64,000 nt of DNA from Escherichia coli (GCF_051903065.1 NZ_CP178438.1), one strand, 5' to 3'; positions 34,177 to 47,328 are shown, numbered from the stretch's first letter. Numbers and translations are program-made. Notes: generated by a model from the letters alone, not told the origin.

Positions 34177-34284
34177 TAGAATGCCTCCGGGAAACCTCGG
34201 CCTTCAGGCCGGGGAGGAAAGGAGGCGGTTTTCCGACTAACTGTACTTTGCATAATTACATTTTCCTCTTTAGTATGTGAACAC

Positions 34285-35401
34285 ATGAAACGCGCATATA
34301 AATACCGGTTTTACCCGACAACTGAGCAGGCTGAGCTTTTAGCTCAGACGTTCGGCTGTGTGCGCTTCGTCTACAATTCCATCCTTCGTTGGCGTACCGA
34401 TGCGTACTACGAGCGAAAGGAAAAGATCGGTTATCTACAGGCCAACGCTCGCCTTACGGCGCTCAAAAAAGAGCCTGAATACATATGGCTGAATGTCCCC
34501 TCCAGCAGTCGTTGCGCCACCAACAAGCCGCCTTTGCTAACTTCTTTGCCGGACGAGCTGCATATCCGGCTTTCAAAAGCAAACGGCACAAACAGGTGGC
34601 TGAGTTCACTGCCAGCGCGTTTAAACACCGTGACGGCGAGTTGTATATAGCAAAAGCAAGTCGCCTCTGGATGTTCGCTGGAGTCGAGAATTACCCTCTG
34701 CGCCGTCAACCGTTACCATTTCCAGAGATAGCGCTGGCAGGTACTTTGTTTCCTGCCTGTGTGAGTTTGAACCTGTATCAATGCCTGTTACCGCTAAAAC
34801 GGTCGGCATTGATGTGGGCTTAAAAGATTTATTCGTTACCGATACCGGATTCAAAACCGACAATCCCCGCCACACCGCTAAATATGCGAAGCGATTAACG
34901 CTGCTACAGCGATGTTTAAGCAGGAAGCAAAAAGGCTCAAGAAACCGTATTAAAGCCCGCTTAAAGGTCGCCCGACTCCACGCGAAAATCGCCGATTGCC
35001 GGATGGACAATCTACACAAGTTGTCCCGCAAACTGATTAACGAAAACCAAGTTGTTTGCGTCGAATCCCTCAAGGTGAAAAACATGATCCGCAACCCGAA
35101 GCTGTCTAAAGCAATAGCTGACGCAGGCTGGAGCGAACTTGTTCGCCAGCTCCAGTACAAAGGCAAATGGGCCGAGCGGTCAGTGGTCGCCATTGACCAG
35201 TATTTACCGTCCTCAAAATGCTGTAGTTGCTGCGGTTTCACCATGCAAAAAATGCCTCTTAATGTTCGTAAATGGCACTGCCCTGAATGCGGCGCAGACC
35301 ATGATCGCGACATTAACGCGGCACGTAATATTAAAGCTGCCGGGCTGGCAGTGTTAGCCCACGGAGAGCCTGTAAACCCTGAATCGCAGCACGCGGCTTA
35401 G
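34285..35401 (+). pseudogene. tnpB: IS200/IS605-family tnpB (RNA-guided nuclease family), two frameshifts
   Basis: N-terminus MKRAYKYRFYPTTEQAELLAQTFGCVRFVYN; middle and C-terminal parts (VTISRDSAGRYFVSCLCEF, GIDVGLKDLF, CxxC...CxxC zinc finger) lie in two other frames; no tnpA nearby. Confidence 0.85.
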
Positions 35402-35511
35402 GTTCGGCTCGTTGAAGTGGGAATCCCCGTCATTCGGGGCGGGGAGCCGTCAAGAACCCTCCTTTCTAGTTTGCAGAAAGTGTAGCCAGAAACCCTCACG
35501 CTGACTTCCCG

Positions 35512-36801
35512 TTATTGGCAAAAAAATGTTTCATCCTGCACCGCACGGTTAACCGCTGCGGTCAGACGCTGCAACTGTTGCGGGAGAATAATATAGGGCG
35601 GCATCAGGTAAATCAGCTTGCCAAAAGGCCGGATCCAGACACCCTGTTCGACAAAGAATTTTTGCAGCGCCGCCATATTCACCGGACGAGTTGTTTCGAC
35701 TACGCCGATTGCCCCCAGCACGCGCACATCGGCAACCATTTCGGCATCACGGGCGGGGGCAAGTTGCTCGCGCAGCTGTACTTCAATAGCCGCCACCTGT
35801 TGCTGCCAGTCGCCAGATTCGAGAATCGCCAGGCTGGCGTTAGCTGCCGCGCAGGCCAGCGGATTACCCATAAAAGTTGGCCCGTGCATAAAGCAGCCGG
35901 CTTCGCCGTTACTGATGGTTTCTGCAACCTCGCGCGTGGTGAGTGTGGCGGAAAGGGTCATTGTGCCGCCGGTTAAGGCTTTACCGAGGCACAAAATGTC
36001 CGGCGCGATTTCTGCATGTTCACAGGCAAACAGTTTGCCGGTACGACCAAATCCGGTGGCGATCTCGTCGGCAATCAGCAAGATACCTTCGCGATCGCAC
36101 ATTTTGCGGATTCGTTTTAACCATTGCGGATGGTACATGCGCATCCCGCCTGCGCCCTGGACAATCGGCTCAATGATCACCGCCGCGATTTCATGACGAT
36201 GCGCCGCCATCAGGCGGGCAAAGCCCACCATATCGCGCTCATCCCATTCACCATCCATGCGGCTTTGCGGGGCGGGAGCAAACAAGTTTTCTGGCAGATA
36301 GCCTTTCCACAGGCTGTGCATTGAGTTGTCCGGATCGCACACCGACATCGCGCCAAAGGTATCGCCATGATAACCATTGCGGAAGGTCAGAAAACGCTGG
36401 CGCGCTTCGCCTTTGGCTTGCCAGTACTGCAACGCCATTTTCATCGCCACTTCCACCGCTACGGAACCGGAGTCCGCGAGAAAAACGCACTCCAGCGGTT
36501 GCGGCGTCATCGCCACCAGTTTGCGGCACAGCTCAATGGCTGGCGCATGAGTGATACCGCCAAACATCACATGCGACATGGCATCAATTTGCGTCTTCAT
36601 CGCCACATTAAGCTGCGGGTGATTGTAGCCGTGGATCGCCGCCCACCAGGACGACATACCGTCAACCAGGCGTCTGCCGTCAGACAAAATTAGCTCGCAA
36701 CCTTCGGCGCTTGCCACCGGATAAACCGGTAGCGGGGAGGTCATGGATGTGTATGGGTGCCAGATATGGCGTTGGTCAAAGGCAAGATCGTCCGTTGTCA
36801 T
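35512..36801 (-). CDS. bioA: Adenosylmethionine-8-amino-7-oxononanoate aminotransferase BioA
   Basis: 429 aa from [17 protein letters not shown]. Confidence 0.95.
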   Translation of the reverse strand: MTTDDLAFDQRHIWHPYTSMTSPLPVYPVASAEGCELILSDGRRLVDGMSSWWAAIHGYNHPQLNVAMKTQIDAMSHVMFGGITHAPAIELCRKLVAMTPQPLECVFLADSGSVAVEVAMKMALQYWQAKGEARQRFLTFRNGYHGDTFGAMSVCDPDNSMHSLWKGYLPENLFAPAPQSRMDGEWDERDMVGFARLMAAHRHEIAAVIIEPIVQGAGGMRMYHPQWLKRIRKMCDREGILLIADEIATGFGRTGKLFACEHAEIAPDILCLGKALTGGTMTLSATLTTREVAETISNGEAGCFMHGPTFMGNPLACAAANASLAILESGDWQQQVAAIEVQLREQLAPARDAEMVADVRVLGAIGVVETTRPVNMAALQKFFVEQGVWIRPFGKLIYLMPPYIILPQQLQRLTAAVNRAVQDETFFCQ

Positions 36802-36808
36802 AATCGAC

Positions 36809-36843
36809 TTGTAAACCAAATTGAAAAGATTTAGGTTTACAAG
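36809..36843. promoter_or_regulatory. bio operator (BirA site) in the divergent bioA/bioBFCD promoter
   Basis: TTGTAAACCAAATTGAAAAGATTTAGGTTTACAAG imperfect palindrome between bioA and bioB. Confidence 0.85.
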
Positions 36844-36886
36844 TCTACACCGAATTAACAACAAAAAACACGTTTGGAGAAGCCCC

Positions 36887-37927
36887 ATGGCTCACCGCCC
36901 ACGCTGGACATTGTCGCAAGTCACAGAATTATTTGAAAAACCGTTGCTGGATCTGCTGTTTGAAGCGCAGCAGGTGCATCGCCAGCATTTCGATCCTCGT
37001 CAGGTGCAGGTCAGCACGTTGCTGTCGATTAAGACCGGAGCTTGTCCGGAAGATTGCAAATACTGCCCGCAAAGCTCGCGCTACAAAACCGGGCTGGAAG
37101 CCGAGCGGTTGATGGAAGTTGAACAGGTGCTGGAGTCGGCGCGCAAAGCGAAAGCTGCGGGATCGACGCGTTTCTGTATGGGCGCGGCGTGGAAGAATCC
37201 CCACGAACGCGATATGCCGTACCTGGAACAAATGGTGCAGGGGGTAAAAGCGATGGGACTGGAGGCGTGTATGACGCTGGGTACGTTGAGTGAATCTCAG
37301 GCGCAGCGCCTTGCGAATGCCGGGCTGGATTACTACAACCACAACCTCGACACCTCGCCGGAGTTTTACGGCAATATCATCACCACACGCACTTATCAGG
37401 AACGCCTCGATACGCTGGAAAAAGTGCGCGATGCCGGGATCAAAGTCTGCTCAGGTGGCATTGTGGGCTTAGGCGAAACGGTAAAAGATCGCGCCGGATT
37501 ATTGCTGCAACTGGCAAACCTGCCGACGCCGCCGGAAAGCGTGCCAATCAACATGCTGGTGAAGGTGAAAGGCACGCCGCTTGCCGATAACGATGACGTT
37601 GATGCCTTTGATTTTATTCGCACCATTGCGGTCGCGCGGATCATGATGCCGACCTCTTACGTGCGCCTTTCTGCCGGACGCGAGCAGATGAACGAACAGA
37701 CTCAGGCGATGTGCTTTATGGCAGGCGCAAACTCGATTTTCTACGGTTGCAAACTGCTGACCACGCCGAATCCGGAAGAAGATAAAGACCTGCAACTGTT
37801 CCGCAAACTGGGGCTAAATCCGCAGCAAACTGCCGTGCTGGCGGGCGATAACGAACAACAGCAGCGTCTGGAACAGGCACTGATGACCCCGGACACTGAC
37901 GAATATTACAACGCGGCAGCACTATGA
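36887..37927 (+). CDS. bioB: Biotin synthase BioB (radical SAM)
   Basis: 346 aa from [12 protein letters not shown]; CxxxCxxC motif (CPEDCKYC). Confidence 0.95.
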   Translation: MAHRPRWTLSQVTELFEKPLLDLLFEAQQVHRQHFDPRQVQVSTLLSIKTGACPEDCKYCPQSSRYKTGLEAERLMEVEQVLESARKAKAAGSTRFCMGAAWKNPHERDMPYLEQMVQGVKAMGLEACMTLGTLSESQAQRLANAGLDYYNHNLDTSPEFYGNIITTRTYQERLDTLEKVRDAGIKVCSGGIVGLGETVKDRAGLLLQLANLPTPPESVPINMLVKVKGTPLADNDDVDAFDFIRTIAVARIMMPTSYVRLSAGREQMNEQTQAMCFMAGANSIFYGCKLLTTPNPEEDKDLQLFRKLGLNPQQTAVLAGDNEQQQRLEQALMTPDTDEYYNAAAL

Positions 37928-39078
37928 GCTGGCAGGAGAAAATCAACGCGGCGCTCGATGCGCGGCGTGCTGCCGATGCCCTGCGTCGCCGTTATCCAGT
38001 GGCGCAAGGAGCCGGACGCTGGCTGGTGGCGGACGATCGCCAGTATCTGAACTTTTCCAGTAACGATTATTTAGGTTTAAGCCATCATCCGCAAATTATC
38101 CGTGCCTGGAAGCAGGGTGCGGAGCAATTTGGCGTCGGTAGCGGCGGCTCCGGTCACGTCAGCGGTTATAGCGTGGCACATCAGGCGCTGGAAGAAGAAC
38201 TGGCCGAGTGGCTGGGCTATTCGCGGGCACTGCTGTTTATCTCTGGTTTTGCCGCTAATCAGGCGGTCATTGCCGCGATGATGGCAAAAGAGGACCGCAT
38301 TGTCGCTGACCGGCTTAGCCATGCCTCATTGCTGGAGGCTGCCAGTTTAAGCCCGTCGCAGCTTCGCCGTTTTGTTCATAACGATGTCACTCATCTGGCG
38401 CGACTGCTTGCTTCCCCCTGTCCGGGGCAGCAACTGGTGGTGACAGAAGGCGTGTTCAGCATGGACGGCGATAGTGCGCCACTGGCGGAAATCCAGCAGG
38501 TAACGCAACAGCACAATGGCTGGTTGATGGTCGATGATGCCCACGGCACGGGCGTTATCGGGGAGCAGGGGCGCGGCAGCTGCTGGCTGCAAAAGGTAAA
38601 ACCAGAATTGCTGGTAGTGACTTTTGGCAAAGGATTTGGCGTCAGCGGGGCTGCGGTGCTTTGCTCCAGTACGGTGGCGGATTATCTGCTGCAATTCGCC
38701 CGCCATCTTATCTACAGCACCAGTATGCCGCCCGCTCAGGCGCAGGCATTACGTGCGTCACTGGCGGTCATTCGCAGTGATGAGGGTGATGCACGGCGCG
38801 AAAAACTGGCGGCACTCATTACGCGTTTTCGTGCCGGAGTACAGGATTTGCCGTTTACGCTTGCTGATTCATGCAGCGCCATCCAGCCATTGATCGTCGG
38901 TGATAACAGCCGTGCGTTACAACTGGCAGAAAAACTGCGCCAGCAAGGCTGCTGGGTCACGGCGATTCGCCCGCCAACCGTACCCGCTGGTACTGCGCGA
39001 CTGCGCTTAACACTAACCTCCGCGCATGAAATGCAGGATATCGACCGTCTGCTGGAGGTGCTGCATGGCAACGGTTAA
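37924..39078 (+). CDS. bioF: 8-amino-7-oxononanoate synthase BioF
   Basis: 384-aa PLP-dependent ORF; overlaps bioB stop. Confidence 0.95.
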   Translation: MSWQEKINAALDARRAADALRRRYPVAQGAGRWLVADDRQYLNFSSNDYLGLSHHPQIIRAWKQGAEQFGVGSGGSGHVSGYSVAHQALEEELAEWLGYSRALLFISGFAANQAVIAAMMAKEDRIVADRLSHASLLEAASLSPSQLRRFVHNDVTHLARLLASPCPGQQLVVTEGVFSMDGDSAPLAEIQQVTQQHNGWLMVDDAHGTGVIGEQGRGSCWLQKVKPELLVVTFGKGFGVSGAAVLCSSTVADYLLQFARHLIYSTSMPPAQAQALRASLAVIRSDEGDARREKLAALITRFRAGVQDLPFTLADSCSAIQPLIVGDNSRALQLAEKLRQQGCWVTAIRPPTVPAGTARLRLTLTSAHEMQDIDRLLEVLHGNG

Positions 39079-39820
39079 TAAACAAGCCATTGCAGCGGCA
39101 TTTGGTCGGGCAGCCGCGCACTATGAGCAACACGCAGAGTTACAGCGCCAGAGTGCTGACGTCTTACTGGCAATGCTCCCACTGCGTAAATACACCCACG
39201 TACTGGACGCGGGGTGTGGGCCAGGCTGGATGAGCCGCCACTGGCGAGAGCGTCACGCGCAGGTGACGGCGTTAGATCTCTCGCCGCCAATGCTTGCGCA
39301 AGCCCGCCATAAAGATGCCGCAGATCATTATCTGGCGGGAGATATCGAATCCCTGCCGTTAGCGACTGCGACGTTCGATCTTGCATGGAGCAATCTCGCG
39401 GTGCAGTGGTGCGGTAATTTATCCACGGCACTCCGCGAGCTGTATCGGGTGGTGCGCCCCGGAGGCGTGGTCGCGTTTACCACGCTGGTGCAGGGATCGT
39501 TACCCGAACTGCATCAGGCGTGGCAGGCGGTGGACGAGCGCCCGCATGCTAATCGCTTTTTACCGCCAGATGAAATCGAACAGTCACTGAACGGCGTGCA
39601 TTATCGACATCATATTCAGCCCATCACGCTGTGGTTTGATGATGCGCTCAGTGCCATGCGTTCGCTGAAAGGCATCGGTGCCACGCATCTTCATGAAGGG
39701 CGCGACCAGCGAATATTAACGCGTTCACAGTTGCAGCGATTGCAACTGGCCTGGCCGCAACAACAGGGGCGATATCCTCTGACGTATCATCTTTTTTTGG
39801 GAGTGATTGTTCGTGAGTAA
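39065..39820 (+). CDS. bioC: Malonyl-ACP O-methyltransferase BioC
   Basis: 251 aa from [20 protein letters not shown]-binding motif LDAGCGPG. Confidence 0.9.
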   Translation: MATVNKQAIAAAFGRAAAHYEQHAELQRQSADVLLAMLPLRKYTHVLDAGCGPGWMSRHWRERHAQVTALDLSPPMLAQARHKDAADHYLAGDIESLPLATATFDLAWSNLAVQWCGNLSTALRELYRVVRPGGVVAFTTLVQGSLPELHQAWQAVDERPHANRFLPPDEIEQSLNGVHYRHHIQPITLWFDDALSAMRSLKGIGATHLHEGRDQRILTRSQLQRLQLAWPQQQGRYPLTYHLFLGVIVRE

Positions 39821-40490
39821 ACGTTATTTTGTCACCGGAACGGATACCGAAGTGGGGAAAACTGTCGCCAGTTGTGCACTTTTACAAGCCGCAAAGGCAG
39901 CAGGCTATCGGACGGCAGGTTATAAACCGGTCGCCTCTGGCAGCGAAAAGACCCCGGAGGGTTTACGTAATAGTGACGCGCTGGCGTTACAGCGCAACAG
40001 CAGCCTGCAGCTGGATTACGCAACGGTAAATCCTTACACCTTCGCAGAACCCACCTCACCGCACATCATCAGCGCGCAAGAGGGCAGGTCGATAGAATCA
40101 TCGGTAATGAGCGCCGGATTACGCGCGCTTGAACAACAGGCTGACTGGGTGTTAGTGGAAGGCGCTGGCGGCTGGTTTACGCCGCTTTCTGACACTTTCA
40201 CTTTTGCGGATTGGGTAACACAGGAACAACTGCCGGTAATACTGGTGGTTGGCGTGAAACTTGGCTGTATTAATCACGCGATGTTGACGGCACAGGCGAT
40301 ACAACACGCCGGGCTGACTCTGGCGGGTTGGGTGGCGAACGATGTCACGCCTCCGGGAAAACGTCACGCTGAATATATGACCACGCTCACCCGCATGATT
40401 CCCGCGCCGCTGCTGGGAGAGATCCCCTGGCTTGCAGAAAATCCAGAAAATGCGGCAACCGGAAAGTACATAAACCTTGCCTTGTTGTAG
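39813..40490 (+). CDS. bioD: Dethiobiotin synthetase BioD
   Basis: GTG start giving (M)[17 protein letters not shown]-loop; 225 aa. Confidence 0.9.
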   Translation: MSKRYFVTGTDTEVGKTVASCALLQAAKAAGYRTAGYKPVASGSEKTPEGLRNSDALALQRNSSLQLDYATVNPYTFAEPTSPHIISAQEGRSIESSVMSAGLRALEQQADWVLVEGAGGWFTPLSDTFTFADWVTQEQLPVILVVGVKLGCINHAMLTAQAIQHAGLTLAGWVANDVTPPGKRHAEYMTTLTRMIPAPLLGEIPWLAENPENAATGKYINLALL

Positions 40491-40502
40491 CCATCCTGTA
40501 TT

Positions 40503-40553
40503 TGGTTAAATTGCGAGCGAGATCGCGTCTTCGATTGACTGCAATTTAACCAA
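40503..40553. terminator. Long inverted repeat (13-bp perfect stems) after bioD, candidate bio operon terminator
   Basis: TTGGTTAAATTGC...GCAATTTAACCAA with about 25-nt loop. Confidence 0.5.
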
Positions 40554-40649
40554 TTAAATTCTAAAATAATCACGAAAAAAATTTTACTTCCGCATCATGC
40601 GGCGAATGTGGGAATTGCCCAGGCGGCGGGGGATAGGGGCTGCAGACAG

Positions 40650-40672
40650 TTATCCACTATTCCTGTGGATAA
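40650..40672. promoter_or_regulatory. Inverted pair of DnaA-box-like 9-mers upstream of uvrB
   Basis: TTATCCACT and TGTGGATAA (consensus TTATCCACA) separated by 5 bp. Confidence 0.55.
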
Positions 40673-40976
40673 CCATGTGTATTAGAGTTAGAAAACACGA
40701 GGCAAGCGAGAGAATACGCGGCTTGCACGCGAATTGGCGTTAAAGACGGCTCAAAGAAATATCTTTTATTTTTTAACTGGTTAGATAATTGCAATGGCAG
40801 TCACTGAACAGGCATCTCTTGCCATAAAACTGACATCACTCATCTTGACAAATGTTAAAAAAGCCGTTGCTTTGGGGATAACCCGGTAAGGTCCGAGTTT
40901 TATCTCGCCACAGAGTAAATTTTACTCATGATTGACAGCGGAGTTTACGCTGTAACAGAAATATTATGGTGATGAA

Positions 40977-40992
40977 CTGTTTTTTTATCCAG
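40977..40992. promoter_or_regulatory. LexA (SOS) box of uvrB overlapping the promoter
   Basis: CTGTTTTTTTATCCAG (CTG-N10-CAG) immediately followed by TATAAT. Confidence 0.85.
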
Positions 40993-41068
40993 TATAATTT
41001 GTTGGCATAATTAAGTACGACGAGTAAAATTACATACCTGCCCGCCCAACTCCTTCAGGTAGCGACTC

Positions 41069-43090
41069 ATGAGTAAACCGTTCAAACTGAATTCCGCTTT
41101 TAAACCTTCTGGCGATCAGCCAGAGGCGATTCGACGTCTCGAAGAGGGGCTGGAAGATGGCCTGGCGCACCAGACGTTACTTGGTGTGACTGGTTCCGGG
41201 AAAACCTTTACCATTGCCAATGTCATTGCTGACCTTCAGCGCCCTACCATGGTACTTGCGCCCAACAAAACGCTGGCGGCCCAGCTGTATGGCGAAATGA
41301 AAGAGTTCTTCCCGGAAAACGCGGTGGAATATTTCGTCTCCTACTACGACTACTATCAGCCAGAAGCCTATGTACCGAGTTCCGACACCTTCATTGAGAA
41401 AGATGCCTCGGTAAACGAACATATCGAACAGATGCGTTTGTCCGCCACCAAAGCGATGCTGGAGCGGCGTGATGTGGTTGTGGTCGCGTCTGTTTCCGCG
41501 ATTTATGGTCTGGGCGATCCTGATTTATATCTCAAGATGATGCTCCATCTCACGGTCGGTATGATTATCGATCAGCGCGCGATTCTGCGCCGACTGGCGG
41601 AGCTGCAATACGCTCGTAATGATCAAGCATTCCAGCGTGGTACTTTCCGTGTTCGTGGCGAGGTGATTGATATCTTCCCGGCAGAATCGGATGACATTGC
41701 ACTTCGCGTGGAACTGTTTGACGAGGAAGTGGAACGATTGTCGTTATTTGACCCGCTGACCGGACAGATTGTTTCCACCATTCCACGTTTTACCATCTAC
41801 CCGAAAACGCACTACGTCACACCGCGCGAGCGCATCGTACAGGCGATGGAGGAGATCAAAGAAGAGCTGGCCGCCAGACGCAAAGTGCTATTGGAAAACA
41901 ACAAACTGCTGGAAGAGCAGCGGCTGACCCAGCGTACCCAGTTTGATCTGGAGATGATGAACGAGCTGGGCTACTGTTCGGGGATTGAAAACTACTCGCG
42001 CTTCCTCTCCGGTCGTGGACCGGGTGAGCCACCGCCGACGCTGTTTGATTACCTGCCTGCCGATGGGCTGCTGGTGGTCGATGAATCTCACGTCACCATT
42101 CCACAAATTGGCGGCATGTATCGCGGTGACCGGGCGCGTAAAGAGACACTGGTGGAGTACGGCTTCCGCCTGCCATCAGCGCTGGATAACCGTCCGCTGA
42201 AATTTGAAGAGTTCGAAGCATTAGCGCCGCAAACCATCTATGTTTCGGCGACGCCGGGTAATTACGAGCTGGAAAAATCCGGCGGCGATGTGGTGGATCA
42301 GGTGGTGCGTCCAACCGGATTGCTTGACCCGATTATCGAAGTGCGGCCGGTGGCGACACAGGTTGATGATCTTCTTTCGGAGATTCGTCAGCGAGCGGCA
42401 ATTAACGAACGCGTACTGGTTACAACTCTGACCAAGCGGATGGCGGAAGATCTCACGGAATATCTCGAAGAACACGGCGAGCGCGTGCGTTATCTTCACT
42501 CAGATATCGACACCGTCGAACGTATGGAGATTATCCGCGACTTGCGTCTGGGCGAGTTCGACGTGCTGGTGGGGATCAACTTACTGCGTGAAGGTCTGGA
42601 TATGCCGGAAGTTTCGCTGGTGGCGATCCTCGACGCTGACAAAGAAGGCTTCCTGCGTTCCGAACGTTCGTTGATCCAGACCATTGGTCGTGCGGCACGT
42701 AACGTTAACGGTAAAGCGATTCTCTACGGCGATAAGATCACCCCGTCAATGGCGAAAGCGATTGGCGAAACCGAACGTCGCCGCGAGAAACAGCAGAAGT
42801 ACAACGAGGAACACGGCATTACGCCGCAAGGCTTGAACAAGAAAGTGGTCGATATCCTGGCGTTGGGGCAGAACATTGCTAAAACCAAAGCGAAGGGCAG
42901 AGGAAAATCGCGACCGATTGTTGAGCCGGATAATGTGCCGATGGATATGTCGCCTAAAGCGTTGCAACAGAAAATCCATGAGCTGGAAGGGTTAATGATG
43001 CAACACGCGCAGAATCTGGAGTTCGAAGAAGCGGCGCAAATTCGTGACCAGTTGCATCAGCTGCGTGAATTGTTTATCGCGGCTTCGTGA
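41069..43090 (+). CDS. uvrB: Excinuclease ABC subunit B UvrB
   Basis: 673-aa ORF with Walker A GVTGSGKT and helicase motifs. Confidence 0.97.
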
Positions 43091-43127
43091 CAGGATAACG
43101 AAGAAGACAGATGACAAAAGCAAAATT

Positions 43128-43224
43128 GCCTGATGTGCTACGCTTATCAGGCCTACATGATTCTGCAATACATTGAATTAGCGCGGTTTGTAGGCCGGAT
43201 AAGACGTTCACGCCGCATCCGGCA
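43128..43224. repeat. REP elements between uvrB and ybhK
   Basis: GCCTGATGTGCTACGCTTATCAGGCCTAC and GTAGGCCGGATAAGACGTTCACGCCGCATCCGGC units. Confidence 0.75.
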
Positions 43225-43280
43225 TAAACAACGCGCACTTTGTCTTCAATAGGAAGCCGGAATTTTCCTTCGGATTTCCG

Positions 43281-44249
<969 letters not shown>

Positions 44250-44449
44250 TTAACCTGCCAATATTGAGGATACAAACTATTTTCTTCTACCTCTAAAGGA
44301 CGATGCACGCTATGCCTCCCTGATGATGTATATCAAAGTAAAACCGCCATTTTCCCTTATTCTGTAGCGAAATAGCACGATCATGACGCTATATACATGA
44401 TTACATAGCGAAAGTGTGGATGGTAAAAATCTCATTTACACGCTAGTAT

Positions 44450-44585
44450 CGGCTTAACCACTAAACACTCTAGCCTCTGCACCTGGGTCAACTGATATGG
44501 TGCTTTGGCCGTGACAATGCTCGTAAAGATTGCCACCAGGGCGAAGGAAGAAATGACTTCGCCTCCCGTATCTGGAAAGGTGTAC
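44450..44585 (+). ncRNA. moaA 5' leader, putative molybdenum-cofactor (Moco) riboswitch
   Basis: Long structured leader upstream of moaA; a Moco RNA motif is established for E. coli moaA; boundaries approximate and fold not computed. Confidence 0.45.
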
Positions 44586-45575
44586 ATGGCTTCACAACTG
44601 ACTGATGCATTTGCGCGTAAGTTTTACTACTTGCGCCTGTCGATTACCGATGTGTGTAACTTTCGTTGCACCTACTGCCTGCCGGATGGCTACAAACCGA
44701 GCGGCGTCACCAATAAAGGCTTTCTGACCGTCGATGAAATTCGCCGGGTTACGCGCGCCTTCGTCAGTCTGGGCACCGAAAAAGTGCGCCTGACAGGCGG
44801 TGAGCCGTCTTTACGCCGCGACTTTACCGATATCATCGCCGCTGTGCGAGAAAACGACGCTATTCGCCAGATAGCGGTCACCACCAATGGTTACCGTCTG
44901 GAACGCGATGTGGCGAACTGGCGCGATGCGGGACTTACTGGCATTAACGTCAGCGTCGACAGTCTGGACGCCCGCCAGTTTCATGCCATTACCGGCCAGG
45001 ATAAATTCAATCAGGTGATGGCAGGGATCGATGCTGCATTTGAGGCCGGTTTTGAGAAGGTCAAAGTCAATACCGTGCTGATGCGTGATGTGAATCATCA
45101 CCAGCTCGACACCTTTCTGAACTGGATCCAGCATCGCCCTATCCAGCTGCGTTTCATCGAACTGATGGAAACGGGCGAGGGCAGCGAGCTCTTCCGTAAG
45201 CATCACATCTCTGGTCAGGTTCTGCGTGACGAGCTACTGCGTCGCGGCTGGATCCACCAATTACGTCAACGCAGCGACGGTCCCGCGCAAGTCTTTTGTC
45301 ATCCGGATTACGCCGGAGAGATTGGCCTTATCATGCCGTATGAAAAAGACTTCTGCGCCACTTGCAACCGCCTGCGCGTTTCCTCCATTGGTAAACTCCA
45401 TCTCTGCCTGTTTGGTGAAGGCGGTGTTAACCTGCGCGATCTGCTGGAAGACGATACCCAGCAACAGGCGCTGGAAGCGCGTATTTCAGCGGCACTGCGG
45501 GAGAAGAAACAGACCCATTTCCTGCATCAAAACAACACCGGTATTACGCAAAACTTATCGTACATTGGCGGCTAA
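44586..45575 (+). CDS. moaA: GTP 3',8-cyclase MoaA (radical SAM)
   Basis: 329 aa from [31 protein letters not shown]. Confidence 0.95.
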   Translation: MASQLTDAFARKFYYLRLSITDVCNFRCTYCLPDGYKPSGVTNKGFLTVDEIRRVTRAFVSLGTEKVRLTGGEPSLRRDFTDIIAAVRENDAIRQIAVTTNGYRLERDVANWRDAGLTGINVSVDSLDARQFHAITGQDKFNQVMAGIDAAFEAGFEKVKVNTVLMRDVNHHQLDTFLNWIQHRPIQLRFIELMETGEGSELFRKHHISGQVLRDELLRRGWIHQLRQRSDGPAQVFCHPDYAGEIGLIMPYEKDFCATCNRLRVSSIGKLHLCLFGEGGVNLRDLLEDDTQQQALEARISAALREKKQTHFLHQNNTGITQNLSYIGG

Positions 45576-45596
45576 AACGTCAAAAGGAGAGATCAG

Positions 45597-46109
45597 ATGA
45601 GTCAGGTAAGCACTGAATTTATCCCGACCCGTATTGCTATTCTTACGGTTTCTAATCGTCGCGGTGAAGAAGACGATACCTCCGGTCACTATTTGCGCGA
45701 TTCGGCGCAAGAAGCTGGCCATCACGTTGTCGATAAAGCCATTGTGAAAGAAAACCGCTACGCTATTCGCGCTCAGGTATCTGCGTGGATCGCCAGCGAC
45801 GATGTACAAGTGGTGTTGATTACGGGTGGTACTGGCCTGACGGAAGGTGATCAGGCTCCCGAAGCATTGCTGCCGTTGTTCGACCGTGAAGTTGAAGGTT
45901 TTGGTGAAGTGTTCCGTATGTTGTCGTTTGAAGAGATTGGCACTTCCACGTTGCAATCTCGTGCGGTAGCGGGCGTCGCTAACAAAACGCTGATTTTCGC
46001 AATGCCGGGTTCGACCAAAGCGTGCCGTACCGCATGGGAAAATATCATCGCGCCGCAGCTGGATGCCCGTACGCGTCCGTGTAATTTCCATCCACATTTG
46101 AAGAAATAA
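45597..46109 (+). CDS. moaB: Molybdenum cofactor biosynthesis protein MoaB
   Basis: 170-aa ORF, next in moaABCDE. Confidence 0.9.
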
Positions 46110-46111
46110 GT

Positions 46112-46597
46112 ATGTCGCAACTGACCCATATCAACGCCGCTGGCGAAGCGCACATGGTGGATGTCTCCGCCAAAGCGGAAACCGTGCGTGAAGCGCGGGC
46201 GGAAGCCTTTGTCACCATGCGCAGCGAGACGCTGGCGATGATTATTGATGGTCGCCACCACAAAGGCGACGTATTTGCCACTGCGCGTATTGCCGGTATT
46301 CAGGCGGCAAAACGCACCTGGGATCTGATCCCGCTGTGTCATCCGCTGATGCTCAGCAAAGTTGAAGTCAATTTACAGGCCGAGCCGGAGCACAATCGGT
46401 TGCGTATAGAAACCTTATGCCGCCTGACCGGGAAAACCGGTGTCGAAATGGAAGCGTTAACCGCGGCCTCCGTGGCGGCGCTGACCATTTATGACATGTG
46501 CAAAGCGGTGCAAAAAGATATGGTGATTGGTCCGGTACGTTTGCTGGCGAAGAGCGGCGGCAAGTCGGGTGACTTTAAGGTGGAAGCGGATGATTAA
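46112..46597 (+). CDS. moaC: Cyclic pyranopterin monophosphate synthase MoaC
   Basis: 161-aa ORF. Confidence 0.95.
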   Translation: MSQLTHINAAGEAHMVDVSAKAETVREARAEAFVTMRSETLAMIIDGRHHKGDVFATARIAGIQAAKRTWDLIPLCHPLMLSKVEVNLQAEPEHNRLRIETLCRLTGKTGVEMEALTAASVAALTIYDMCKAVQKDMVIGPVRLLAKSGGKSGDFKVEADD

Positions 46598-46835
46598 AGT
46601 TCTTTTTTTCGCCCAGGTGCGCGAGTTGGTAGGAACAGATGCAACCGAAGTGGCTGCGGATTTCCCAACCGTTGAAGCGTTACGCCAGCACCTGGCTGCG
46701 CAGAGCGATCGCTGGGCGCTGGCGCTGGAAGATGGCAAATTACTGGCTGCCGTCAACCAGACGCTGGTGAGTTTTGACCATCCGCTGACTGACGGCGACG
46801 AAGTAGCTTTCTTCCCGCCGGTAACCGGAGGTTAA
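46590..46835 (+). CDS. moaD: Molybdopterin synthase sulfur-carrier subunit MoaD
   Basis: 81 aa from [12 protein letters not shown] ending in GG; overlaps moaC end. Confidence 0.9.
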   Translation: MIKVLFFAQVRELVGTDATEVAADFPTVEALRQHLAAQSDRWALALEDGKLLAAVNQTLVSFDHPLTDGDEVAFFPPVTGG

Positions 46836-46836
46836 G

Positions 46837-47289
46837 ATGGCAGAAACCAAAATTGTTGTTGGTCCGCAGCCGTTCAGCGTAGGAGAAGAGTACCCGTGGC
46901 TGGCGGAGCGTGACGAAGACGGTGCGGTAGTCACCTTTACCGGTAAGGTGCGCAACCATAACCTGGGCGACAGCGTCAAAGCATTAACCCTCGAACACTA
47001 TCCGGGGATGACTGAAAAAGCACTGGCAGAAATTGTCGATGAAGCGCGTAACCGCTGGCCGCTTGGGCGCGTCACGGTGATTCACCGCATCGGGGAATTA
47101 TGGCCGGGCGATGAAATCGTTTTTGTCGGTGTCACCAGTGCGCATCGCAGCAGTGCGTTTGAAGCCGGGCAGTTTATTATGGATTATCTCAAAACCCGCG
47201 CACCGTTCTGGAAGCGCGAAGCCACGCCGGAGGGCGACCGCTGGGTCGAAGCCCGGGAAAGCGATCAGCAGGCGGCAAAACGCTGGTAG
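46837..47289 (+). CDS. moaE: Molybdopterin synthase catalytic subunit MoaE
   Basis: 150-aa ORF. Confidence 0.95.
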   Translation: MAETKIVVGPQPFSVGEEYPWLAERDEDGAVVTFTGKVRNHNLGDSVKALTLEHYPGMTEKALAEIVDEARNRWPLGRVTVIHRIGELWPGDEIVFVGVTSAHRSSAFEAGQFIMDYLKTRAPFWKREATPEGDRWVEARESDQQAAKRW

Positions 47290-47299
47290 TTTTTTGTTA

Positions 47300-47328
47300 G
47301 CCGGATAAGGCACCGCTGCGTCCGGCAA
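47300..47328. repeat. REP-like palindrome after moaE
   Basis: GCCGGATAAGGCACCGCTGCGTCCGGCA. Confidence 0.5.

Noticed and set aside
35618-36196. 192-aa plus-strand ORF, and other overlapping frames, inside bioA
   Set aside because: Ala/Ser/Arg-rich translation typical of out-of-frame reading of GC-rich coding sequence; bioA on the minus strand matches the known protein.
36929-37342. 137-aa minus-strand ORF inside bioB
   Set aside because: Antisense shadow ORF.
44505-44585. N-terminal extension of moaA (track ORF starts 27 codons upstream)
   Set aside because: The known MoaA starts at MASQLTD; the upstream in-frame stretch lies in the regulatory leader.
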